DNA of 64,000 nucleotides from a bacterium (GTDB lineage Bacteria; Acidobacteriota; Thermoanaerobaculia; Multivoradales; J023): NCBI GenBank assembly GCA_024226315.1, contig JAAELT010000489.1, positions 4,830 to 68,829 of the forward strand, read 5' to 3'. Shown piece by piece: positions 56,164 to 64,000 of this stretch (position 1 is its first letter; each line of letters starts with the position of its first letter). The notes under the pieces were generated by a model. It saw only the letters and a program-made list of their open reading frames with translations, ran no database searches and was not told where the DNA came from. The position numbers and the translations under genes were made by a program.

Positions 56164-56277
56164 TGTGATCGGCGCCCGACCTGGAAATGGCCGAATAGCC
56201 GGCGACGTCTCGCCGTATCTTTCTAACACAGCCGCGGCGTCACCGCGCGGTTGCTGACCTCTGGAGAACTGGCAGAT

Positions 56278-56652
56278 ATGAACATGGACAAACACGTCAC
56301 GGTCCTCGCGATCCTCTACATCGGCAGCGGTGCGTTGTTCCTCTTGGGTGCCGCCGTCGTCTTCTTCGCCGTCGTCGGCGGAGGCCTGATCTCCGGCGAG
56401 CAGGAGGCGATCCTGATCACCGGCACCGTGGGCACCATCGTCGCCGGCTTCCTCGCCGTGCTCGCCATCCCCGGCATCGCCGGCGGCATCGGTCTGCTGA
56501 AGCGCAAGGAGTGGGCGCGCATCCTGGTGTTGATCCTCGGCTTCTTGAACCTGCTCAACTTCCCCCTGGGCACCCTGCTCGGCGTCTACACCATCTGGGC
56601 GCTGATGAAGGAGGAGGCGACAGATTACTTCAGGAGCTACGCGCCGGCCTGA
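56278..56652 (+). CDS. small membrane protein (3-4 TM helices)
   Basis: Start MNMDKHVTVLAILYIGSG with a GGAGA Shine-Dalgarno. Gly/Ala-rich hydrophobic helices. No functional motif. Confidence 0.5.
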   Translation: MNMDKHVTVLAILYIGSGALFLLGAAVVFFAVVGGGLISGEQEAILITGTVGTIVAGFLAVLAIPGIAGGIGLLKRKEWARILVLILGFLNLLNFPLGTLLGVYTIWALMKEEATDYFRSYAPA

Positions 56653-56778
56653 GGGGCGGGTCGCGTCCGTCAGGCCAGCAGCTCGGCGACTGCCACCTGC
56701 TCGTCGGTGCCCGGCACCGCCACGAGGGCGATCGGAGAGCCCGCCCCTCTGGGGCATGAATGCCGGGCTCGGCTCGAC

Positions 56779-59700
56779 TCAGGGCTCTTTGACAATCACC
56801 CGGTCCACCTCGTGCTCCCGCGCCAGGTCGTTGAACGCCGGCAGGTCGGTCTCCCATAGCTCCCCGAGTTTCGCGAGCTCCGCGTCGATCGCCGCGGTCA
56901 GCTCGTCCTTTACCGCCACCATCTGCGCCGTCGGACGCCTGTCGCCGAAGGCGGCGAGGGAGAGCAATCCGGCCAGCTTGTCATTGAGGCGGATGGGGAA
57001 GTTCAAGGGGTCCTGGCGGCTGCGGTTCTGGGTCTGGTAGAGGGCTTTTTCGATCTCGTCGAGACGCTCGGTGAGCTTCGTGCCGGCCTCGACGAGGGGC
57101 TCGGCTTCCTCGTCCTCCCCGAGTCGCTTCTCGAGCGCCTCGATCTGCCCCTTGGCGTCGCGGATGCGACCGATCTCGTCGTGTGCCTCGCTCAGCTTGT
57201 CGCGCACCCCGATGAGGAAGTCGAACTGCTCCTGGAAGTCGGCAGCGGTGGCGGCGGAGCGTGGGTCGGCGAGGACTTCGAAAGGGACCTCTGCGGACCA
57301 TTCGCCGACGGTGAGGCGGGCTCGATATTCGCCGGGAACGGCGCGGGGACCGTCGAGCCGGCTGTTCCACAGGACGAGGCCGGGGAACTTGCGGGCGCTC
57401 GGATAGCGGAGGTTCCAGACGAAGCGGTTGGCGCCTTTCTCGATCTCGAGCTGACGCGGGTCGTCGGCCTGGTCGCTGTCGTCTTCTTTCTCCTCGTCCT
57501 CCTCGCCCTTGTCCGGTTTGCGGGTGAAGGCGCGGATGAGCTCGCCGTCTTCCTCCAGGATCTCGAGCTTCAGCTCCTCGCCCTCCTCGCCCTCCTCACC
57601 CTCCTCGGGCTTCTCGGCCAGGAGGAAGTGGATGACGACGCCGGACGGCGGGTTCTTGCCCTCGTGCACGGGCTCGTCGCGGGATCGCCCGCCGAGACGG
57701 TAGGCGGGGCGGGGAGTGAAGAGGTGGGCCGGTGAGGACGCGAGTTCGGCGCTCATCTGGTGCAGGGGCGTCAGGTCGTCGAGGATCCAGTAGCCGCGGC
57801 CCTGGGTGGCAGCGACCAGGTCGCGCTCCTTGACCGCCAGATCGGTGATCGGCACGATCGGCAGCTCGAGCTGCAGCGGCTGCCAGCTGGCGCCGTCGTC
57901 GAAAGAGACGTAGACGCCGCGCTCGGTGCCGGCGTAGAGCAGGCCGGCGCGGTCCGGGTCGGCGCGGATGACGCGGGTGAAGTGGCCGCGGTCGATACCG
58001 GTGTCGATGCGCTTCCAGGTGGCCCCGTAGTCGAGGGTCTTGTAGAGGTAGGGCTCGAAGTCGTCGAGCTTGTAGCGGGTGGCGGCGAGATAGAGGCCGC
58101 CGGGCTCGGTGGGGTGGGCCTCGATGGAGTTGATCAGGGACCATTCCGGCAATGTGTTTCGTTTGCCCCCCTTCGGGGGGACGCTCGGCGTGACTTCCTT
58201 CCACTCTTTGCCACTATCACGGGAGAGCTGGAGCAGGCCGTCGTCGGAGCCGGCCCAGAGAACGCCGGCTTCGTGGGGCGATTCGATCGCGGCGAAGATG
58301 GTGCCGTAGTACTCGACGCTGGTGTTGTCCTTGGTGATCGGGCCGCCGGAGGGGCCCATCTTGGTCTTGTCGTCGCGCGTCAGGTCGCCGGACAGGGGCC
58401 GCCAGCTGGCGCCGCCGTCGCGGCTGGCGAAGAGGACGTTGCCGGCGGCGTACAGAAGGTCCGGGTCGTGGGGCGAGAAGAAGAGGGGGAAGTTCCACTG
58501 GAAGCGGTATTTCAGCTCGGCGGCGCCCCAGCCCATCGGGTTGTCGGGCCAGACATTGACCGCGCGGCGCTCTCCGGTGCGGTGATTGACGCGCGTCAGG
58601 AAACCGTCGTAGGAACCGCCGTAGACGATGTCGGGGTCGTCGGGCCGGGCCACGACGTGGCCGCTTTCGCCGCCGGCCGTGGGCTCCCAGTCGCGCACGC
58701 CGATCGCCGAGCCGAACGCCGATCGCGAGCGGATGCGCACGGCCGAGTTGTCCTGCTGGCCGCCGAGCAGGCGGTAGGGGAAGGCGTTGTCGGTCGACAC
58801 CCGGTACATCTGGGCGGTGGGTTGGTTGCTCTGCGGCGACCAGGTCTTGCCGCTGTCGTAGCTGACGTTGGCGCCGCCGTCGTTGGACTGGATCATGCGC
58901 AGCGGATCGCCGGGGTCGATCCATAGGTCGTGGTTGTCGCCGTGCGGAGTGTCGACCCTACTGAAGGTCTTGCCGCCGTCCTTTGAGCGGTGGAAGCGCA
59001 CGTTCAGCACGTAGACCGATTCCTCGTCGGCCGGGTCGGCCACGAGGCGGGTGTAGTACCAGGCGCGCTGGCGCAGCTTGCGCTCGTCGTTGGTCTTCTC
59101 CCAGGTTTCGCCGCCGTCCTTCGAACGGAAGACGCCACCCTTCTCGGCCTCGACGATGGCGTAGAGGTTCTCGGGGTTCGACGCCGAGACGTCGATGCCG
59201 ATGATGCCCAAAGGCCCTTTCGGCAGACCTGGTTTGGACGTCAGCTCCTGCCACTCGTCGCCGCCGTCGGTCGACTTCCACAGGCTCGATCCCTCACCGC
59301 CGGATTCCAGGCTCCAGGGGGTGCGCAGGATGCGCCACATGGAGGCGTAGAGGATGCGGGGATTGGTCGGGTCCATCGCCAGGTCGACGGCGCCCACCTC
59401 GTCGGAGACGTGGAGGATCCGCTCCCAGGTCTCGCCGCCGTCCTTGGAGCGGTAGACGCCACGCTCGGCGTTGGGGCCGAAGAGGTGGCCGAGCACCGCG
59501 GCGTAGAGCAGGTCCGGGTTCCGGGGATGGATACGGATGCGCGGGATACGGCGTGAGTCGGCGAGTCCGACGTGCTTCCAGGTCTTGCCGGCGTCGGTCG
59601 ATTTCCACATGCCGTCGCCGTGGGAAACATTGCCGCGCACGGTCTTCTCGCCGCCGCCGACGTAGACCACGTTGGGGTCCCAGGAAGACACCGCGACCGC

Positions 59701-59991
59701 GCCGATCGAGCCGCCGAAAAAGCCGTCCGAGACCGGCTTCCAGGTCTTGCCGCCGTCGTCGGTCTTCCACACCCCGCCACCGGTGGCACCGAAGTAGTAG
59801 ACGTTGCGCTGATCTGGAATGCCGGCCACCGCCGCGGAGCGGCCGCCGCGGTAGGGACCCACCTCGCGCCACTCCATGGACTGGAAGAGGGATTCGTCGA
59901 AGCCGGCGTGTGAGTCGGCACGTGACGCAGAGGAGAAGGCAAGGAAGAAAAGGGCGAGGCAGATCATGCGCCTGCCGTTGAGTCGGTGCAT
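56779..59991 (-). CDS. secreted sortilin/VPS10-like BNR/Asp-box repeat beta-propeller protein
   Basis: Start MHRLNGRRMICLALFFLAFSSASRA (signal peptide). Many Asp-box repeats (WKTDDGGKTW, WKSTDAGKTW, YRSKDGGETW, WKSTDGGDEW, FRSKDGGETW, HRSKDGGKTF, SYDSGKTW, ASRDGGASW, LSRDSGKEW…). Acidic E/K-rich insert. ~1070 aa. Confidence 0.8.
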   Translation of the reverse strand: MHRLNGRRMICLALFFLAFSSASRADSHAGFDESLFQSMEWREVGPYRGGRSAAVAGIPDQRNVYYFGATGGGVWKTDDGGKTWKPVSDGFFGGSIGAVAVSSWDPNVVYVGGGEKTVRGNVSHGDGMWKSTDAGKTWKHVGLADSRRIPRIRIHPRNPDLLYAAVLGHLFGPNAERGVYRSKDGGETWERILHVSDEVGAVDLAMDPTNPRILYASMWRILRTPWSLESGGEGSSLWKSTDGGDEWQELTSKPGLPKGPLGIIGIDVSASNPENLYAIVEAEKGGVFRSKDGGETWEKTNDERKLRQRAWYYTRLVADPADEESVYVLNVRFHRSKDGGKTFSRVDTPHGDNHDLWIDPGDPLRMIQSNDGGANVSYDSGKTWSPQSNQPTAQMYRVSTDNAFPYRLLGGQQDNSAVRIRSRSAFGSAIGVRDWEPTAGGESGHVVARPDDPDIVYGGSYDGFLTRVNHRTGERRAVNVWPDNPMGWGAAELKYRFQWNFPLFFSPHDPDLLYAAGNVLFASRDGGASWRPLSGDLTRDDKTKMGPSGGPITKDNTSVEYYGTIFAAIESPHEAGVLWAGSDDGLLQLSRDSGKEWKEVTPSVPPKGGKRNTLPEWSLINSIEAHPTEPGGLYLAATRYKLDDFEPYLYKTLDYGATWKRIDTGIDRGHFTRVIRADPDRAGLLYAGTERGVYVSFDDGASWQPLQLELPIVPITDLAVKERDLVAATQGRGYWILDDLTPLHQMSAELASSPAHLFTPRPAYRLGGRSRDEPVHEGKNPPSGVVIHFLLAEKPEEGEEGEEGEELKLEILEEDGELIRAFTRKPDKGEEDEEKEDDSDQADDPRQLEIEKGANRFVWNLRYPSARKFPGLVLWNSRLDGPRAVPGEYRARLTVGEWSAEVPFEVLADPRSAATAADFQEQFDFLIGVRDKLSEAHDEIGRIRDAKGQIEALEKRLGEDEEAEPLVEAGTKLTERLDEIEKALYQTQNRSRQDPLNFPIRLNDKLAGLLSLAAFGDRRPTAQMVAVKDELTAAIDAELAKLGELWETDLPAFNDLAREHEVDRVIVKEP

Positions 59992-60046
59992 CGGTCGGCT
60001 CCTGTGGTCGGTTGACAGCCGAAGCATACCTATAGACTCGCTGAGG

Positions 60047-61396
60047 ATGACCAAGAGATCTCGTTGGATCAGCCTCCTGATCCTGCTGGCACTGCTGCTC
60101 GCGCTCCTCGTCCGCTACGCCCCGCGCCTCTTTCCCACCCTCGACCTGCGCTCGGGATTCCTGCCGCGGGCACGGGCGGTGGAGTGGGTGTGGACGGGCG
60201 CGCTGCGGCCGACGTCGATGCGGGCGGTCGCCCGGCTGACACGGCCGAGCGATCGGGTGCGGCTGCTGGTCGGCCGGGACGAGACCCTGGCGGATCCGGT
60301 CGCTTCGGCCTACCAGGCGACCGATGAGGCCGCCGGCCTCCTGGTGCGCATGGCCGTCGACGATCTCGAGCCGGGCGTCCGTTACCACTACGCCCTCGAG
60401 GTCGACGACGAGGTCGACAGGGCCCGGCGCGGCGCGTTCCGGACGCCGCGCGAGGGTCCGCAGTCCTTCACCTTCGCGTTCGGCTCGTGCGCGCAAACCG
60501 GCTCGAGCCATCCGGTGTTCGGCACCATCAGGCGGCACGATCCGCTTTTCTTGTTGCACCTCGGGGACCTGCATTACGAGAACATCGAGCGTGCCGACCC
60601 GGCGCTGTACCGCCGGGCGTTCGACCGGGTGCTGAAGTCGGCCGGCCAGTCCCGCCTCTTCCGTGCCGTGCCGGTGGCCTATGTCTGGGACGATCACGAC
60701 TTCGGCCCCGACAACGCCGATTCGTCCTCGCCGGGAGGCGCCGCCGCACAGCGCGTCTACCGGCAGGCGGTGCCGCATTACCCGCTGGCGACGGACGACG
60801 GTCCGATCTTCCAGGCGTTCACCATCGGCCGGGTACGCTTCCTGCTCACCGACAGCCGTTCGGAGAAGACCCCGAGAGCGAAGCCCGATCGGCCGGGCAA
60901 GACGGTCCTTGGGGCGGCGCAGAAGCGGTGGCTCGAGCAGGAGCTGCTCGACGCGCGCGACCGGTACGCGCTGATCGTGTGGGCCAACTCCATGCCCTGG
61001 ATCGGCGAGCCCCTCGAGGGGGCCGACCACTGGGGCGGTTATCATACCGAGCGGCTGGAGCTCGCGCGGTTCATCGAAGCGAACGGTATTCGCCAACTGG
61101 TGATGCTCTCGGGCGACGCTCACATGATGGCGATCGACGACGGCAGTCACAATCGTCTGACCGCGAGCGGCGGGCCGGGGTTTCCGGTGATGCACGCGGC
61201 GGCCTTCGACCGGTCGGCGTCGGTCAAGGGCGGCCCCTACAGCTCGGGTGTCTTTCCCGGCCCGGGGCAGTTCGGCCTGATGACGGTCGAAGACGACGGA
61301 GGCGAGACGGTCACCGTGCGCTGGAGTGGACGCGACCATCGCGACCGTGAGCTGCTGTCGCACAGCTTCGTGGTCGGAGAATCCGGAATGCGGTAA
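60047..61396 (+). CDS. PhoD-like metallophosphoesterase (alkaline phosphatase D family)
   Basis: Start MTKRSRWISLLILLALLLAL (signal/TM). Calcineurin-like motifs LHLGDLHYEN, VWDDHDFGPDN, GDAHMM. Confidence 0.75.
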   Translation: MTKRSRWISLLILLALLLALLVRYAPRLFPTLDLRSGFLPRARAVEWVWTGALRPTSMRAVARLTRPSDRVRLLVGRDETLADPVASAYQATDEAAGLLVRMAVDDLEPGVRYHYALEVDDEVDRARRGAFRTPREGPQSFTFAFGSCAQTGSSHPVFGTIRRHDPLFLLHLGDLHYENIERADPALYRRAFDRVLKSAGQSRLFRAVPVAYVWDDHDFGPDNADSSSPGGAAAQRVYRQAVPHYPLATDDGPIFQAFTIGRVRFLLTDSRSEKTPRAKPDRPGKTVLGAAQKRWLEQELLDARDRYALIVWANSMPWIGEPLEGADHWGGYHTERLELARFIEANGIRQLVMLSGDAHMMAIDDGSHNRLTASGGPGFPVMHAAAFDRSASVKGGPYSSGVFPGPGQFGLMTVEDDGGETVTVRWSGRDHRDRELLSHSFVVGESGMR

Positions 61397-61411
61397 GGTC
61401 CGCACCTACTC

Positions 61412-62407
61412 ATGCGTACGACGACTCTCCGCCTTCTGATCGCCGTCGCACTGGTCGCGTCGCTGCACGCTTCGGCCGAGCCGCGCCCGGTGACGATCAC
61501 CGCGTCCACGGTGGCGCTCCATGCCGACGGCTCGTCCGGCGATCGGGTCGGCCGGTTGCGGTACCGTGCCGGCTTCCATCTGACCTCGGGCGACGATGCC
61601 TTCGGCGGCTTCTCCGGGCTGGTGGTCGAGGAGGGTGGCCGCATGCTGGCGGTGTCCGACCAGGGGCACTGGCTGTCGGCGGAGCTGGTCTTTGCCGCTG
61701 ATGGCACCCTGAAGGGGATCGCGGCGGGGCAGATGGGTGCGCTGTGTGACGACGACGCCTCACCGGTGATCGAGCGCGAGCGGCGCGATGCGGAGGAGAT
61801 CCAGGCGCTGCCGGGCCGCGGCTACCTGGTGAGCTTCGAGCGGCACCACCGGATCGTGTTCTACGAGCAGGCCGTCGACGGCGTTCCGTCCTTGACCGGA
61901 CCGTCGCGGCCCTTCCCGTTTCCACCCGCGATGGTGACCACTCGGAGCAACAATGGCATGGAAGCGGTCGCGCTGCTTCCCGACGGACGGCTCTTGACTT
62001 TCGCCGAAGACCTGCGCACCGTCGAGGACGACATCATCGGTTGGATCGGAGATCCGGACCGCGGCGACTGGCGCCATGTGACCCTGCCGACCCGTGACGA
62101 GTTCCTTCCCACGGGCGCGGCGACCCTGCCGACTGGGGACGTGGTGCTCCTGGAGCGGAGCTTCGACAAGACCACGCGCACCAACAGCGTCCGTCTGACG
62201 CTGCTCGAGGCCCGGGGCTTCGCGCCCGGCGCCAGGCTCGAGCCCCGCGAGCTGGCGCTGCTCGAGTCGCCGCTCACGGTCGACAACATGGAGGCGGTCG
62301 CCGTGCTGCCGGGCCCGGGCGGCGAAGTGCTGATCTACCTGCTCTCGGACGACAACTACAGCGATCAGCAGCGGACCTTGCTGCTGCAGCTCGAGCTCGT
62401 CGAGTGA
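61412..62407 (+). CDS. secreted esterase-like-activity-of-phytase family protein
   Basis: Signal peptide. Motifs FGGFSGL, SNNGMEA, VDNMEAVAV typical of the phytase-like esterase family. Follows the PhoD gene, a common pairing. Confidence 0.55.
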   Translation: MRTTTLRLLIAVALVASLHASAEPRPVTITASTVALHADGSSGDRVGRLRYRAGFHLTSGDDAFGGFSGLVVEEGGRMLAVSDQGHWLSAELVFAADGTLKGIAAGQMGALCDDDASPVIERERRDAEEIQALPGRGYLVSFERHHRIVFYEQAVDGVPSLTGPSRPFPFPPAMVTTRSNNGMEAVALLPDGRLLTFAEDLRTVEDDIIGWIGDPDRGDWRHVTLPTRDEFLPTGAATLPTGDVVLLERSFDKTTRTNSVRLTLLEARGFAPGARLEPRELALLESPLTVDNMEAVAVLPGPGGEVLIYLLSDDNYSDQQRTLLLQLELVE

Positions 62408-62434
62408 GCCGGGCCGGGGAACCCGGGCGATGGG

Positions 62435-64000
62435 TCAATCCCCGGCGATGACCTGGATCTCGCGCCGCAGGAGCGGCTCGCCGAGCCGCTCCTCGAACCA
62501 GGCCACGTGCTCGAGCACCAGATCGACCTCCAGCCGGTAGCTCCCAGGCTCCTCCGGCCAATCGACGTCGAAGGCGAGCTCCACCGAGGTGAAGGGCTCG
62601 ACGCGGTGGGGGAGCAGGATGCGCTCGCTCTCGGCGAGCAGCTCGCCCGAGGCGTCGAAGAGCCGGTACCCGGCGCCCACAGGGACCACGTTCTCGCGCT
62701 CCCAGATCAGCTTGCCGGTGTTCTCGATCGTGATGCTGACCCGAGAGCTCGACCCGGCCGCCGGCTGCTTCGGCAGCTCGACGTCGCGCACTCGGTAGGA
62801 GAAGGTTTCTTCGAGCGTCTCCAGGTCCCCGAAATAGCGGACCGCAGCCCTCGCCGGAGCGCCGTCCGGGGTCGCGAGCCGGAGGCGCAGGCCGCGGGTC
62901 CAGTAGAGCTTGTCGGGATGCCACCAGTAGCGATGCCGGCGCCACGGCGCCGAGGTCTCGAGATCGATCTGGACGCCGAGCGGGCCGCGCGTGAGGCCGG
63001 GGTGGGCGCTGCCCACCGGGTAGGTGGCGCGGTGCGCCCAGTCGCGCACCACGAGCGTCGCCTCCGGCGCGCCGGTTTCGACGTACAGCCGGATGCCGGC
63101 CAGCGGTCGCCAGTAGGTCACTAGCATCTCGGCCGGCGGTCTGCCGGTGTGGAGGTCCAGGTGCCAGCTGCCGACGCCGGGGAACGGATCGACAAAGCGT
63201 ACAAAGTGGCCGGCCCAGTAGCGGTCGCGCCGGCCGACGATGTCGCGCGACGTCGATTCGTAGGGCAGCAGGCGGAAGATGCCGGCGCGGGCGTGGCTCT
63301 GGCTGCCCGAGTCGAGCTGGTGATGGCGCGTCACCGAGACCAGGGCCGAGGCATAGGAGACGGCGGCCAGGGCCCAGGCCGCCGTCAGCCACTTCGCGCC
63401 CGGCAGGCGCGGCAGGGCGACCAGGAGCAGAGGATAGATCGACAGCAAGTAGCGGTTGCCGATGAAGGTGTCGCCGCCGAAGTAGTTGTCCGGCCGCCAG
63501 GCGACGAAGAAGACGAGGGCACCGGCGAAGGCCAGCAGCGCGGCGCGGCCGGCGCGGTCGCTGCCCCAGGCGGCGAAGATCAGGAGGATGACGGCAGCGG
63601 GGAAGTAGAAGATCAGGCCGGTGTGGCGGCCGGCGAAGAAATACAGCACGCTGTAGCCGATCCGCCGCGCGCCGGCGCCCGGCAGCAGCCCGGTGCTCTC
63701 GCGATCCAGCGTCTGGTCAAAACGGGTCAGCGCCTCGGCCGCGCCGGGGCCGGCGGGGTAGCCGGACTCGGGCGTGAAGGTGGTGCGGGTCGCCCGGTAG
63801 GGGTTCGACGCGCCGGTCAGGGCCATGGTCAGGGCCATCAGTGCCAGGCAGGTCACGGCGGTGGTCGCCGCCAGCGTCGCGGCATGCTTGAGCCGGCGCT
63901 CGAATACTGCCGCCAGGATCGGGGCCAGGGCCACGATGCCGTTCGACATGCGCATGGGGATGAGCACCGCCAGCAGCGCCGCGCCCAGGATCGGTGCCCC
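62435..64000 (-). CDS. membrane protein with C-terminal soluble beta-rich domain; 5' end probably outside window
   Basis: The minus-strand frame stays open upstream of the listed Met at 63967 through the window end (…APILGAALLAVLIPMRMS…). N-terminal ~200 aa hydrophobic. No catalytic motif recognised. Confidence 0.45.
   Translation of the reverse strand, partial: GAPILGAALLAVLIPMRMSNGIVALAPILAAVFERRLKHAATLAATTAVTCLALMALTMALTGASNPYRATRTTFTPESGYPAGPGAAEALTRFDQTLDRESTGLLPGAGARRIGYSVLYFFAGRHTGLIFYFPAAVILLIFAAWGSDRAGRAALLAFAGALVFFVAWRPDNYFGGDTFIGNRYLLSIYPLLLVALPRLPGAKWLTAAWALAAVSYASALVSVTRHHQLDSGSQSHARAGIFRLLPYESTSRDIVGRRDRYWAGHFVRFVDPFPGVGSWHLDLHTGRPPAEMLVTYWRPLAGIRLYVETGAPEATLVVRDWAHRATYPVGSAHPGLTRGPLGVQIDLETSAPWRRHRYWWHPDKLYWTRGLRLRLATPDGAPARAAVRYFGDLETLEETFSYRVRDVELPKQPAAGSSSRVSITIENTGKLIWERENVVPVGAGYRLFDASGELLAESERILLPHRVEPFTSVELAFDVDWPEEPGSYRLEVDLVLEHVAWFEERLGEPLLRREIQVIAGD

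Noticed and set aside
58145-58185. ccccccttcgggggg hairpin resembling the C-run/G-run element
   Set aside because: It lies inside the minus-strand BNR/sortilin-like coding sequence (it encodes …PPKGGKRNT…). It lacks the ttttccaaa loop and flanking conservation of the two intergenic copies. Probably coincidental.

Overview
GC-rich (~68-70%) bacterial chromosomal segment with about 40 protein-coding genes and no rRNA, tRNA, CRISPR array or recognisable transposase or integrase. The protein repertoire is many Hanks-type Ser/Thr kinases, FHA-domain enhancer-binding-protein-like regulators, an STK-associated ECF sigma factor, BNR/sortilin-like propellers, a tricorn protease homolog and a reprolysin-like metalloprotease. 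By inference that points to an Acidobacteria-, Myxococcota- or Gemmatimonadota-like organism. In genome order the window holds:

- a nucleoside uptake and salvage locus (1-7530): BMP-family ABC transporter, Tsx-like porin, deaminase-like amidohydrolase and an SDR
- a DUF4143 AAA ATPase
- a sigma-54-type promoter with tandem dyad UAS driving a large secreted reprolysin-like metalloprotease, next to an FHA-AAA+ EBP-like regulator
- a signalling island (14.5-23.6 kb): ECF sigma translationally coupled to a kinase-adenylyl cyclase-kinase-TM-TPR giant protein, a small Lys-rich ORF, a decayed kinase/TPR paralog fused to an S41 peptidase domain, and a LuxI/FeeM-like N-acyltransferase fused to a cyclic-nucleotide-binding domain
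- two BNR/Asp-box propeller proteins, a tricorn protease homolog and a second Ser/Thr kinase next to a SWIM-SNF2 helicase
- a MoxR-VWA pair
- a polyprenyl-phosphate glycosylation cluster: GT2, methyltransferase, GT-C-like membrane protein and a Thr-type sulfatase-like enzyme
- a second FHA-AAA+ EBP-like regulator with a PLP decarboxylase
- a PhoD plus phytase-like phosphate-scavenging pair

The strongest novelty candidate is the cyclase to cNMP-gated acyl-synthase signalling island. Also unusual are at least four independent intergenic tandem arrays with a ~35-42 bp period, each unit built around a different dyad-symmetric core. A ~40-nt C-run/G-run hairpin covering the Shine-Dalgarno occurs at two unrelated genes. 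Both EBP-like paralogs carry GVATGV in place of GAFTGA. Coordinates of internal start codons are +/-1-3 nt because they were derived by hand.
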